A DNA stretch of 51,123 bases from a virus (IMGVR_UViG_3300048630_000722:1-51123), one strand, 5' to 3'; positions 28,037 through 36,897 are shown, numbered from the stretch's first letter. Numbers and translations: made by a program. The notes: generated by a model not told the origin, from the sequence alone.

Positions 28037-28582
28037 TCAGAGGTGGGCGTGGAGCTCGATGCCGGACGGCGGGATCGAGTCCTCCGGGCGGGGGTCGGAG
28101 GGGTGCGGCGGGAGGGCCGCGGGCACGGAGAGCGTAGCGGACCAGGCGGCGACGTAGGCCGACACCCCGTCGTCGTCCTCCCCCGTGGGCGCGGTCCCCG
28201 CCGGGCCGGCCGGCGCCGCGTCGTGCAGCCGGCCGCCGCGGTCCGTGACGACGGGGCGGGAGAGCGTGACGGAGACGGCGAGGACGGCCGCCGCGACCTC
28301 GTCGGAGAACGGGTCCGGCTCCCCGGCCTCCGGGTGCTCCGCGCCCTCGAACCCGGACGCCTGCAGGGTCACGGTCACGTCCCAGTCGACCCGGGCGGTC
28401 ACGCTCTCCCCGGGCTCCGCCGCGTCGGGCCGGGACACGCGGGCGCGGCCGGGCTCCACGATCAGGGTCGGCTCCCGGCTGACCGGGGCCGAGCCGGTGA
28501 CGGGCAGGCCGGTCAGGTCCCGCAGGCGCTCCCGGAGCGCGCGGACGTGTTCGGCGAACGGGGCGGCCTGAGCTACGGTCAT
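28037..28582 (-). CDS. Putative tail terminator / neck protein
   Basis: Position between neck and sheath genes only. Confidence 0.45.
   Translation of the reverse strand: MTVAQAAPFAEHVRALRERLRDLTGLPVTGSAPVSREPTLIVEPGRARVSRPDAAEPGESVTARVDWDVTVTLQASGFEGAEHPEAGEPDPFSDEVAAAVLAVSVTLSRPVVTDRGGRLHDAAPAGPAGTAPTGEDDDGVSAYVAAWSATLSVPAALPPHPSDPRPEDSIPPSGIELHAHL
28131..28172 (-). promoter_or_regulatory. Late-promoter motif, copy D (inside a CDS)
   Basis: CGACGGGGTGTCGG (28172-28159), 22 nt, TACGCT; would drive the sheath-tail operon. Confidence 0.7.
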
Positions 28583-28607
28583 GGTCGGGGGCCGGTGTCC
28601 GGCCGGG

Positions 28608-29243
28608 CTAGAGCTCGCCGCCGCCGAGCCAGCGGGCGACGAGCCGGGCGATCTCGCGCTGGTCGGCGCGCGTGAGGAGGTAGTGCCGGCGGGGCGGGAG
28701 CGTCACGGACGCTTTGAGGACGAGGAGCACGCGGGGCTTCGCCTTCCCCCGCGCGTAGAGGACGGCCCCGCCGGACCGGTCCTCGCGCACGACGGTCCAG
28801 ACGCGGTAGCCCGCGGCGCGGAGGCCGCCCACGGCGGCCCGGTTGGACCCGGACCCCCGGCCGCCGTGACGGCGGACGAGGCGGCGGGAGGCCCGGGAGG
28901 GCGGGAAGGCGAGGAACCGGGCCCGCTTCGGCGTGACCGTCCCGCCCTCGTGCAGGAGCCGGGCCCGGACGTCGTTGCTCCCCCAGGCGGCGTACGTGTC
29001 GCCGTAGGCCACCGAGATGGACTGGAGGTACCGGCCGGTGTCGACGAGCGGGGAGGCGCTGCCCTTGGCGGCGACCGTGGCGGGCGCGTTCGCCTCGAAG
29101 TCCCCCGCCCGGATCCGCTCCTGCGTGCTGCTCCGGCCGTACTCCGCGACGACCCGGAGGACGGGGCGCGGGGACTCCGCCCGGCGCCGAGCGGCGCGGA
29201 CGAACTCCTGGAACCCCGAGAGGCCGGACCAGCGGGCGCGCAC
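28608..29243 (-). CDS. Virion morphogenesis protein (Mu gpG / P2 S-like)
   Basis: PLVDTGRYLQSI..GSNDVRARLLHEGG and LPPRRHY motifs. Confidence 0.8.
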   Translation of the reverse strand: MRARWSGLSGFQEFVRAARRRAESPRPVLRVVAEYGRSSTQERIRAGDFEANAPATVAAKGSASPLVDTGRYLQSISVAYGDTYAAWGSNDVRARLLHEGGTVTPKRARFLAFPPSRASRRLVRRHGGRGSGSNRAAVGGLRAAGYRVWTVVREDRSGGAVLYARGKAKPRVLLVLKASVTLPPRRHYLLTRADQREIARLVARWLGGGEL

Positions 29244-29686
29244 TACTCCGCCCCGCCGTAGCGCTCCGGGGGCGGCCGGAGCGTCCGGCGGTAGGCGAGG
29301 CTGAGGGGGGAGCGGAGGACGTCCGCGGACGCGGCCCCGGGCGCCCCGTGCGCGCCGTCTGAGCCGCCGGCCCCGCGGTCCTCCGCGCCCGCGTCGTAGT
29401 CCGCCCCGAAGTAGCCCTCGAGGAGGTCGTCGGCGTCCGCCCGTTTGTCCCGGGCCGTCTCGTCCCGCTCCCGCCGCGCGTACAGCTCGTACTCCGCCCG
29501 CTTCAGGACGGCCGCCCGCGTGACCTCGTCGTAGGCGACCTCCTCCCGGCCGTGCCGGAGGAACCGGGACCGGAGCCAGACGAGGGCGCGGGGGAGCGCG
29601 ACGGCCGCGGCCACGTCGCCGCCGAGCTGCTCGTAGAGCCGCGGGCTCATCTCGGCCGAGAGGTCGGCGGCGGTCGGGGCGTCCAT
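29243..29686 (-). CDS. Head-tail adaptor (Mu gp36 / DUF1320-like)
   Basis: ATG 29686; AEYELYARR motif; follows the capsid gene. Confidence 0.6.
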   Translation of the reverse strand: MDAPTAADLSAEMSPRLYEQLGGDVAAAVALPRALVWLRSRFLRHGREEVAYDEVTRAAVLKRAEYELYARRERDETARDKRADADDLLEGYFGADYDAGAEDRGAGGSDGAHGAPGAASADVLRSPLSLAYRRTLRPPPERYGGAE

Positions 29687-29781
29687 CGGGGGAGGGAGGG
29701 GCGGAGACGGACGCGGCCCCGCCCCTAGAGAGGAGCGGGGCCGCGGGGGTTCGCTACGCGCGCGGCCGGGCCGCGGCGGGC

Positions 29782-30831
29782 TTACGCCGGGTTGGCCGAG
29801 GCCCGCGTGATCGCGGAGGGGTCCACGATGGGGAACGGCTTCGACTCGGCGAACACGTCGATGGCGCTGCCGTCCTTCGCCTCGGCGAGGACGAAGCCGA
29901 CCGGGACCTCGGAGTCGCCGATCTTGAAGTTGTCCTTCTTGACGTTGAGGAGCCGGCGGCCGTCGTTGTTGCCGGTCGCCATGATCCCGTCGTCCTCGAC
30001 GATCTTCTTGAACCCGGCCGCGACGGCGCCGCCGGGCTGCCCGAGGTCCGGGGCGCCGGGGTGCTCGACCTCCTCGGCCTGCTCGTAGATCGTGTACCCG
30101 GCGATGTTGAGCGTCCCCGGGCCGGAGACGGAGGCGGCCACGCGCGTCTCGTTGTTGAGGCCCATGACCTTCTTGGCGAGGGCGGCGAACACGGCCGGGC
30201 CGACGTCGATCCGGTCGGTGGCCTTCCCGCGCCGGGCGCGGTGCCGGCGGAGCGCGCTGAGGTCGCTCACGACGACGTCGAGGCCGACGGCGTCGGAGAG
30301 CCAGTTGGCGGAGGGCTCCCAGGCCGTGTCGAGCGTGCCGTAGACGAAGTGGTAGATCCCGATGATCTGCCCCTGCGCCCCGGCAATCGGGAAGTTCACC
30401 GCGCCCGTCGTGATCGCCTCCAGGCACAGGGCCTCCCGCGTCTTGCGGTGGATGTTGATGTGCCGGTCCATGAGCCGGTCGGCGATGGACTGGAGCGAGT
30501 CCCGGGAGACGAGCCGGCGGTCGTTGTACTCCTCCGCCGTGATGCCGTCGACGGTCTTGACCGGCTGCGGCTTGTAGATGGCGAACTGCCCGGAGTCACC
30601 GGGGACGCTCACGCCGGGCGCGCCGCGGAGGACGACGGCGACGGGCTTCGTCCGGGTCTTGAACTCCTCGACCGGCACGGTGACCTCGTCCCAGTAGCTC
30701 CGCGTCGCCTCCGGGAAGTAGATGTCGGTGACGGGCGTGCCGTAGCTCTCGGAGTCGACGATCCGCTGCGCCACCCGCTGCGGGCGGAAAAGCTCCTGCG
30801 CGGAGGAGATGTTGAGGCGGAGGTGGGGCAT
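29782..30831 (-). CDS. Major capsid protein (lambda E-like)
   Basis: 349 aa; KTREALCLEAITTG and AESKPFPI motifs. Confidence 0.85.
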   Translation of the reverse strand: MPHLRLNISSAQELFRPQRVAQRIVDSESYGTPVTDIYFPEATRSYWDEVTVPVEEFKTRTKPVAVVLRGAPGVSVPGDSGQFAIYKPQPVKTVDGITAEEYNDRRLVSRDSLQSIADRLMDRHINIHRKTREALCLEAITTGAVNFPIAGAQGQIIGIYHFVYGTLDTAWEPSANWLSDAVGLDVVVSDLSALRRHRARRGKATDRIDVGPAVFAALAKKVMGLNNETRVAASVSGPGTLNIAGYTIYEQAEEVEHPGAPDLGQPGGAVAAGFKKIVEDDGIMATGNNDGRRLLNVKKDNFKIGDSEVPVGFVLAEAKDGSAIDVFAESKPFPIVDPSAITRASANPA

Positions 30832-30886
30832 CGGACGTACGGGGGCGCTGCGCGCCGGGAGTCAGGGGGGAGGCTTGCGGTGCGGT

Positions 30887-31276
30887 CTAGAGCGCGTAGA
30901 TCCGGCGCTCGCGGAGGGCGGCCAGGGCCGTCTCGGTCGGGGCCGCCGTCGTGCTCCCGTCCGCGGCCGTAGCGGCGACGAGGCCGGTCCGGGCGACCGT
31001 GCCCTCGACGCGGCAGACGGCGACGGCCCGCTTCGCCGTGTCGACGTCCTCGTGGTCCACCAGGACGGCGCGGACGAGGTTGTCGGCGTCCGTGCCCTGG
31101 ACCCAGCGGACGAGCGTGCCGGCGTCGGCGCCCGTCCCGTCCTTCAGGATCGTCCCGAGGACGTAGACGCCGTTGTCGGCCTTCAGCTTCAGGCTGAGGT
31201 CCACGTTGGCCTTGTTGTGCCCGGCGTTGATCGAGCGCTCGCCGTAGGTGAGGAGCGTATCCTTGAAGCTGGCCAT
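30887..31276 (-). CDS. Head decoration protein
   Basis: 129 aa between scaffold and capsid genes; GTIL..AVL..ALRERRIY. Confidence 0.7.
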   Translation of the reverse strand: MASFKDTLLTYGERSINAGHNKANVDLSLKLKADNGVYVLGTILKDGTGADAGTLVRWVQGTDADNLVRAVLVDHEDVDTAKRAVAVCRVEGTVARTGLVAATAADGSTTAAPTETALAALRERRIYAL

Positions 31277-31337
31277 CGTGAGGCGCGGGTGGGCGGCGGT
31301 GCCGCGGTTCGGTCTGAGGGTGGGCGGGGCGCCCGTT

Positions 31338-32552
31338 TTAGAACTTGGTGGCCGCCTTCGTCACGGCCTCGTCGGCGGCGGACTCCTCCGGCGTGGCCGC
31401 GCTGAAGTCCATGACGACCGTCTCGTGCTCGCGCGCGGAGGCGACGCCGCGGAGGATGTCGGTGAGCCGGGCGATGGGCTCGGCGCCGGGGGCGTCCGCG
31501 AAGTCCATCTCGTCGGCGCCGGCCGGGACGAGCGTGTCGGCGAAGTCCCGGAGGGCCGCGGCGGGGCCGGACCCGAGCGCCTCGGCGGCGGCGGCCTCGA
31601 GGGCGTCGAGCTGCCCGGCCTTGTGGCGGGCCTCCGCCCGCTGCAGGCGCGCGGAGACGTCCGCGAAGTCCTGGCGCTCCGGGGTCTCCTGGGCGTCCGT
31701 CTCCGGCGTCCCGGCCGGGGCGGCGTTCGGGTCGGTCTCGGTCTGCGGCGTGCGGTTCGGGGTCCCGTTGGGCATCGCGGTCTCGGCCGGGTCCTCCGGC
31801 GCGTCGGTGAGGTCGGTGACGGCCGCCGTGACGTCGGCGTACCAGAAGTCGGTGAGGTCGACGAGCGTCTGCTCGGCGACGTCGAGGGCGCGGGCGAAGC
31901 CGCGGAGCCACTCGTGCCGGGGGTAGGGGATGTCGCCGTCGAGGACGTGCTGGACCGTCGCGCGGTCGACGCCGGCGGCCTGCGCCATCGCGGCCACGAC
32001 GGCGTCGCGGTCCGCGTAGGCGTCCGTCTCCGCCGCCCGGTTGATCTCGTTGGCGAGCGTCCGGACGAGCGGGCTCCGGTCGGAGAAGTCCCCTCCCCGG
32101 CGCGGGCCCGGGTCCGTGACCGTCACGCGGATCTCCTCGGCCTCCTCCGGGTCGCTGAAGTCCAGCTCGGGGAGCCCGGCAATCGCCGGGGGCGTCGCGC
32201 CGAGGACGGCGAGGTGGTGGGTGTAGAGCCGGCCCGTGGACGGGTGCCGCCGGATGCCGACGGACCGCTGCCGGAAGAACCCGCCGCGGACGGCGTCCCG
32301 GAGGGCCGGGACCGGCGTGACGTCCGCGAACAGGCCCGTGACGGTCCGCGCGGGGTCCTGCGGGTCCGGCGTGTCCTCCGCGGCGAAGTTGCGGACGTTC
32401 CCGTACTGGGGCGACGCCTGCGTGACGTGCCCGACGGTGAGGGGGGCGGAGCCGGCGCGGTTGCTCTCCTCCGCGCACTCGCGGAGGTCGTCCGGGCTCA
32501 GCGTGAGCCCGTTGCGGTGGGAACCGGAGACGGCGAGGAGGAGGCGGGGCAA
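31338..32552 (-). CDS. Prohead protease/scaffold (Mu I-like)
   Basis: APLTVGH, RQRSVGI and HHLAVLGATPPAIAGL motifs. TTG 32552 chosen because the longer start lies inside the promoter motif. Confidence 0.82.
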   Translation of the reverse strand: MPRLLLAVSGSHRNGLTLSPDDLRECAEESNRAGSAPLTVGHVTQASPQYGNVRNFAAEDTPDPQDPARTVTGLFADVTPVPALRDAVRGGFFRQRSVGIRRHPSTGRLYTHHLAVLGATPPAIAGLPELDFSDPEEAEEIRVTVTDPGPRRGGDFSDRSPLVRTLANEINRAAETDAYADRDAVVAAMAQAAGVDRATVQHVLDGDIPYPRHEWLRGFARALDVAEQTLVDLTDFWYADVTAAVTDLTDAPEDPAETAMPNGTPNRTPQTETDPNAAPAGTPETDAQETPERQDFADVSARLQRAEARHKAGQLDALEAAAAEALGSGPAAALRDFADTLVPAGADEMDFADAPGAEPIARLTDILRGVASAREHETVVMDFSAATPEESAADEAVTKAATKF

Positions 32553-32579
32553 GCCGGCGGCGTCAGGTAAGGACGCGGC

Positions 32580-32622
32580 CAAATAGCACGGGCCCCGCCC
32601 GGTCCGCCCCGACACCCCGTCG
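32580..32622 (-). promoter_or_regulatory. Late-promoter motif, copy E
   Basis: CGACGGGGTGTCGG (32622-32609), 22 nt, CTATTTG (imperfect -10); upstream of the head operon. Confidence 0.68.
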
Positions 32623-32656
32623 CCGCTGCCCTCGGGCGCCGTGAGCTACGGCCGCC

Positions 32657-33058
32657 CTACGCGTCGCGCTTCGCCGGGCGGCGCGCCCAGTAGGCCGTCG
32701 GGCCGAAGTCCGGGTCGTTCGCCGTGCCCTCCTCTAGCAGCCAGAGCCGGACGGCCTCCCGGTGGATGAGCCACCCCCGGCCGGTCGCGCGGACGCCCTC
32801 CAGGCGGCCGTCGTAGAGCGCCGCGTAGACGGCCTCCGTGCTGAGCCCGAGGAGCTGGGCTAGCTCCTTCGCCCGGTAGCCCCAGACGTCCCCCTCGCAG
32901 TGCGCCGTCCCCTTCGGTCCCGGGAGGGCCTCGAACGCGCGGCGGAACCAGTCCGGCTCCTCGACCTCCGCGTCCGGCCTCCGCCGGATCCGGACGCAGA
33001 GGTAGCCGGGGAGCCCGGCGTCGGTCGGGGAGCGGGGGCCTGCGTACGGCTGAGTCAC
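32657..33058 (-). CDS. Excisionase-type HTH DNA-binding protein (candidate late activator)
   Basis: YRAKELAQLLGLSTEAVY..GRLEG..GRGWLIHREAV motif. Confidence 0.75.
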   Translation of the reverse strand: MTQPYAGPRSPTDAGLPGYLCVRIRRRPDAEVEEPDWFRRAFEALPGPKGTAHCEGDVWGYRAKELAQLLGLSTEAVYAALYDGRLEGVRATGRGWLIHREAVRLWLLEEGTANDPDFGPTAYWARRPAKRDA

Positions 33059-33069
33059 GGCGGGAGGGT

Positions 33070-33084
33070 GTGCAACGGTTGCAC
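33070..33084. promoter_or_regulatory. Perfect palindrome GTGCAAC-G-GTTGCAC, putative repressor operator
   Basis: Sits next to a minus-strand TAGACT -10 (33086-33091); related sites occur at 34371-34450. Confidence 0.6.
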
Positions 33085-33366
33085 GAGTCTACCGCCCGAC
33101 GGGGTGCCGGCGCTAGGGCCGTGTGCAACGCCTACGCGCCCCGGCCGGATCGCCGTTTCTGGCCCGTACGCCCGACGTTGCGGATCCCGGCGGCTCGGCT
33201 CAGGGCGTTCTCCGTAACCCGTTGCGGAACAGGCGACGGACCGAGGCGCCGGAATCCGTCGGCTCGGGCCACCGAGACGGTGGATTCCACGCGCTCGGTG
33301 ACCATATATGGGATTTACCTACTACCACTCCCAGGGCTGCGCCCTGTGAGTGGTCGCGCGCGCGGC

Positions 33367-34362
33367 TCAGCGGGCCGCGACTTCCGGGCGGGCGATGGCC
33401 TGGACGATCTCCTTGGCGAAGGCGGCGAGCTCCCCTGAGATCGCGGCCGGCGCGTCGGGCGGGAACGTCACCCGTCCCTGGACCACGAACCGGATCGTGC
33501 CCCCGTCCTCCGTGCGCCAGACCGTCGGGTCGTCCGTCGGCCTCAGCGTCCGGGCCGGCACGCGCTTGTTGTCCGCGTAGAGCGTGACGGCGCCGGAGCC
33601 GCCGAGCTGCACGCGCTTCACGACGTCGGCCTCGGCCTCCCCGAGCCAGACGGCGTAGCGCTCCCCGTCCACGAGGGGCCCGTCGAGGGGCTCGACGAAG
33701 ATCGGGTAGCCGTTCGGGATGTGCGGCTCCCCGGACGTCCCGACGGCGAAGGTCCAGCCGCCCGCGGCGGGGAGCCGGCCGCCCATCCAGCGGCGCATCA
33801 TCACGTCCGGGATGAGGACCGGCGACGGGCCCTCGCTGTCGTTGTCCCGCCCCGTCTCGGACGCCCCGTGCCCGGCGGCGGTCACGGGGTAGGCCCGCGC
33901 AGAGAAGCCGAGGGCCTCGGCCTCCTCACGCGGCCGGGCCGTCCGGCGCGCGGTGAAGCTCCGGAGCAACGGCTCGTCGGGGACGCCGAACCGGTCACCG
34001 CCGGGGGACGTGACGGAGCGCCGGGCGCCCCCGCGGGCGGCGAACGCGGGGGTGCTCTCCCGGAGGAGGCCCCCGCCGGCCGCGCCCTCCGCGCCGGGCT
34101 CCTCGGCGGCGGGCCCCTCCTCGTCCCCCGCGCGGAACAGGGCGTCGGCCCCGGCCGCCTTCGGGTCCTCCCCGCGCAGGACCTTCAGGATGAACACCTG
34201 GTTGGGCCAGGAGGGCTGCGTCTTGCCGCTGAGGTAGTTGATGAGCGTGCGGAGGCTCACGTCTAGGCCGGCGTCCGTGACGCGCTCGGCCGCGGCCTCC
34301 TGCGTGAGCCCGGAGTCCTCTAGGGCACGGGTGAGGGCGGCGGCGAACGGGGAGTCGGTCAT
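33367..34362 (-). CDS. CI-like repressor (XRE HTH plus S24 peptidase)
   Basis: N-terminal HTH LTQEAAAE..TLINYLSGKTQP; GTSGEP (Ser) and VVKRV (Lys). Confidence 0.85.
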   Translation of the reverse strand: MTDSPFAAALTRALEDSGLTQEAAAERVTDAGLDVSLRTLINYLSGKTQPSWPNQVFILKVLRGEDPKAAGADALFRAGDEEGPAAEEPGAEGAAGGGLLRESTPAFAARGGARRSVTSPGGDRFGVPDEPLLRSFTARRTARPREEAEALGFSARAYPVTAAGHGASETGRDNDSEGPSPVLIPDVMMRRWMGGRLPAAGGWTFAVGTSGEPHIPNGYPIFVEPLDGPLVDGERYAVWLGEAEADVVKRVQLGGSGAVTLYADNKRVPARTLRPTDDPTVWRTEDGGTIRFVVQGRVTFPPDAPAAISGELAAFAKEIVQAIARPEVAAR

Positions 34363-34482
34363 TTTTTGGTACGCAAGGCTTGCGCACTACGCAGGCGTTG
34401 CGTAGACTACGGGACCTGAAGGCGGCGGTTGCACAGTCTACACGTTGCACCGCGCCCCCGTGTTCACGCACCCACAGAACCG
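34363..34482. promoter_or_regulatory. Immunity switch: promoters and operators
   Basis: Rightward TTGCGC-N17-TAGACT (34380-34408); leftward TAGACT (34440-34435); four GCAAC-N-GTTGC-like sites. Confidence 0.7.
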
Positions 34483-34869
34483 ATGAGCGAAGCCGCGCCT
34501 GCCACGCCGCGCGAGACCGCCCCGCCGGCCGGGATCACCCTCCCGGACCTCCGCCCCGCGCCGCGCCGCCCGGACGACGCCGAGGCGGACCTCCTCACGG
34601 CGGTCCGGCACCGCCGGGCCCTCCTGACCTACGCCTCCGGGCTCATGGACGACGCCGAGTCGGTCGGCTCCGCCCTCGCGGACGCCCTCCGGGACTGGGG
34701 CCGGGCGCACTACGGGAGCGCGGACGCCTTCTACCGGGCCCTGTCCGACCGGGCCGAGTGCTCCTGGGGCCACGCCTCGAACGCGCTCCGCTACGGGATC
34801 GGCGACGTCCTCACGCACGCCGAGGCCCTGTACCTCGAGGCGGAGGGGGCGACGGCCCCGGAGGTCTAG
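34483..34869 (+). CDS. First early gene (Cro-position hypothetical)
   Basis: ATG after ACCCACAGAACCG; divergent from the repressor. Confidence 0.6.
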   Translation: MSEAAPATPRETAPPAGITLPDLRPAPRRPDDAEADLLTAVRHRRALLTYASGLMDDAESVGSALADALRDWGRAHYGSADAFYRALSDRAECSWGHASNALRYGIGDVLTHAEALYLEAEGATAPEV

Positions 34870-34880
34870 CCAAAAAAAGC

Positions 34881-34927
34881 GCGGCCGCCCCAATTGCCAC
34901 ACCGGGACGGCCGCACCCACAGAACCG
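34881..34927 (+). repeat. Variant hairpin-leader element
   Basis: GCGGCCGcCCC-AATTGCCACACC-GGGaCGGCCGC, then ACCCACAGAACCG-ATG. Confidence 0.7.
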
Positions 34928-35707
34928 ATGAGCGGTCGCCCGCCTCGGTCGTCCCCTGAGGGGACGCCGGAAGGTACGGCCGCGCGCCCGCAGATGTTGC
35001 CCGAGCCCGTGATCGTCAGAGTCTCCTCCCGCCGCCGCTACACGGCCGTCCCCGCCGCCGTCACCGAGGACTCCCGGTTGAGCTACGCCGCGCTCGGCCT
35101 CCTCTGCTACCTCCTCGGCCGCCCGGACGACTGGGAGGTCGACGCCGGGGCCCTCGCCGGCTCCCGCGGGACGACGGAGTACGCGGTCCGGAAGCTCCTG
35201 AAGGAACTGCGCTCCCGCGGCTACGCCCGCCTCGCCCGGCCGCGGGACCCGGACACCGGCCGCGTGGCCGGGACGACGTACGAGGTCACGGACGAGCCGG
35301 ACGGCTGGGCCCTCCGGCCCGAGACGGCCGACGACGTGCCGGGCCTCGACGGCGGGCCGCTGAGCGAGCCGGAGCGGGCGTACGCCACGGCGTTCGGCGC
35401 CGACGCCCTCGCCCGGCTCAACGCCTACCAGCGGGAGCTCGTCCGGAAGATGAAGGACGCGGGCGCTCGGGCGGAGGCGTTCCACGTCTGGCGCGGCAAC
35501 GACTACCTGAGCCGGAACGTCTCCGGGCTCCTCGACCGCTACGAGCGGGCGCGGAAGGAGGCGAAGCGCGCGGCCGCGAGCGCGGGGCGGCCGGCCCCGG
35601 GCCGGACGGCGCGGACGACGCGGGACGTCACGGCGGAGGACGCGCTGCGCGACGCGGCGGAGGCCCTGAACGACCTGCAGGGCGCGGGCCCCTCCGACCG
35701 TGTCTGA
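34928..35707 (+). CDS. Phage replication initiator-like HTH protein
   Basis: YTAVP..DSRLSYAALGLLCYLL..PDDW..LKELRSRGY motif. Confidence 0.7.
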   Translation: MSGRPPRSSPEGTPEGTAARPQMLPEPVIVRVSSRRRYTAVPAAVTEDSRLSYAALGLLCYLLGRPDDWEVDAGALAGSRGTTEYAVRKLLKELRSRGYARLARPRDPDTGRVAGTTYEVTDEPDGWALRPETADDVPGLDGGPLSEPERAYATAFGADALARLNAYQRELVRKMKDAGARAEAFHVWRGNDYLSRNVSGLLDRYERARKEAKRAAASAGRPAPGRTARTTRDVTAEDALRDAAEALNDLQGAGPSDRV

Positions 35708-36200
35708 CGTCACGCCCTACGCGGCGCCCGGGGCGGGCGCGAACGCCGGCACGGCCGTCGCCCTCCGCGGCGGGCTCACGCCGGCCTCCCTCGCCCCGGA
35801 GGACTACGCCGCCCCGGCCTCCCTCGCCGACGCGCTCGGCGTCATCGCCCGGCTCCGCGTCGACCTCGGGCTCGGCCTGAAGCCGGACCGGATGAAGGCC
35901 CTCGCCGCCCGGCTCGTGGAGGCCGGCTACACCCGCGCGGCCCTCGCGCACGCCGGGCAGGCCCTCGCCTTCGACGAGCCGCTCACGCGGGCGCTCCGGT
36001 ACCCGGAGGGGACGGTGACGCCCGCGGACTTCGCGCGGGTGCTAGGGGACGCCGACGGGCCCGCGCGCCGGGCGAAGCTCTACACCTACCGGCAGGCGTT
36101 GACGGAGCACGACCGGACGGGCGGCGGGCCCTTCCCCGGCGCCGCCTGGGTCCGCGTCGACGCGGACGGAGACGGGCCCCCGAGGTGGCGGAAGGCGTGA
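35700..36200 (+). CDS. Hypothetical protein (helicase-loader position)
   Basis: Coupled to the replication gene. Confidence 0.5.
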   Translation: MSDVTPYAAPGAGANAGTAVALRGGLTPASLAPEDYAAPASLADALGVIARLRVDLGLGLKPDRMKALAARLVEAGYTRAALAHAGQALAFDEPLTRALRYPEGTVTPADFARVLGDADGPARRAKLYTYRQALTEHDRTGGGPFPGAAWVRVDADGDGPPRWRKA

Positions 36201-36490
36201 GCGAGCAGCACGACAGCGGCGGGCCGCAGGACCGCGTCCCGATCATCGATGAGCGGGACCGGGCGGGGCGGCCGGTCCCGGCGGCCGAGGCGTTCGGGGC
36301 CGACGTCCTCGACGTGTTCGAGGCGTCCGGGTGGATGAGCGACGGGCTGAAGGTCCGGTGCCGGGAGTCCTACCGGCAGGGCCGGCGGGACCAGCTCCGG
36401 GAGTGGGCCGGCCGCGGCCGGGACCTCAGCGGGCTCTCCGACGGCACACGGCGGACGGTGCTCCACATGAAGCGGACGGGGGACGTATGA
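36197..36490 (+). CDS. Hypothetical protein
   Basis: GTGA overlap with the upstream stop. Confidence 0.55.
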   Translation: MSEQHDSGGPQDRVPIIDERDRAGRPVPAAEAFGADVLDVFEASGWMSDGLKVRCRESYRQGRRDQLREWAGRGRDLSGLSDGTRRTVLHMKRTGDV

Positions 36491-36897
36491 CGCGCCTGAG
36501 CCTCATCCCCGCCCGGGACCTCGCGGACCTCCTCCGCGCTCTCCGGCCCGACGAGCTGGCGGTCCCGTTCGCCTGCGCGCCGGGGCAGACCGTCACGGAC
36601 GCCGCCGCCTTCCTCCGCGGGACCGCCACCGCCATCGACGCCGGGAGCCCGCCGGCCTACGAGCGCGGCCGGGCCGCGCTCCCGCACGTCCGCGTCGCCC
36701 CGCGCGTCACCGCGCACGAGGACGCCCCCGCGCAGGACGTGCCCGAGCCGCTGACGGTCCCGGACACGGAGCCGGAGCCGCCGGTGAGCCCGGACCCGAA
36801 GCCGGACGCGGAGCCGGCCGTCCCGCCCGCCGCCCGGCCGAAGCCGCGCCGGAGACCGAAGCCTCCCGCGGGCCCCGTGCAGGGGTCCCTCTTTTAG
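36487..36897 (+). CDS. Hypothetical protein, Pro-rich C-terminus ending QGSLF
   Basis: ATGA overlap with the upstream stop. Confidence 0.55.
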   Translation: MTRLSLIPARDLADLLRALRPDELAVPFACAPGQTVTDAAAFLRGTATAIDAGSPPAYERGRAALPHVRVAPRVTAHEDAPAQDVPEPLTVPDTEPEPPVSPDPKPDAEPAVPPAARPKPRRRPKPPAGPVQGSLF

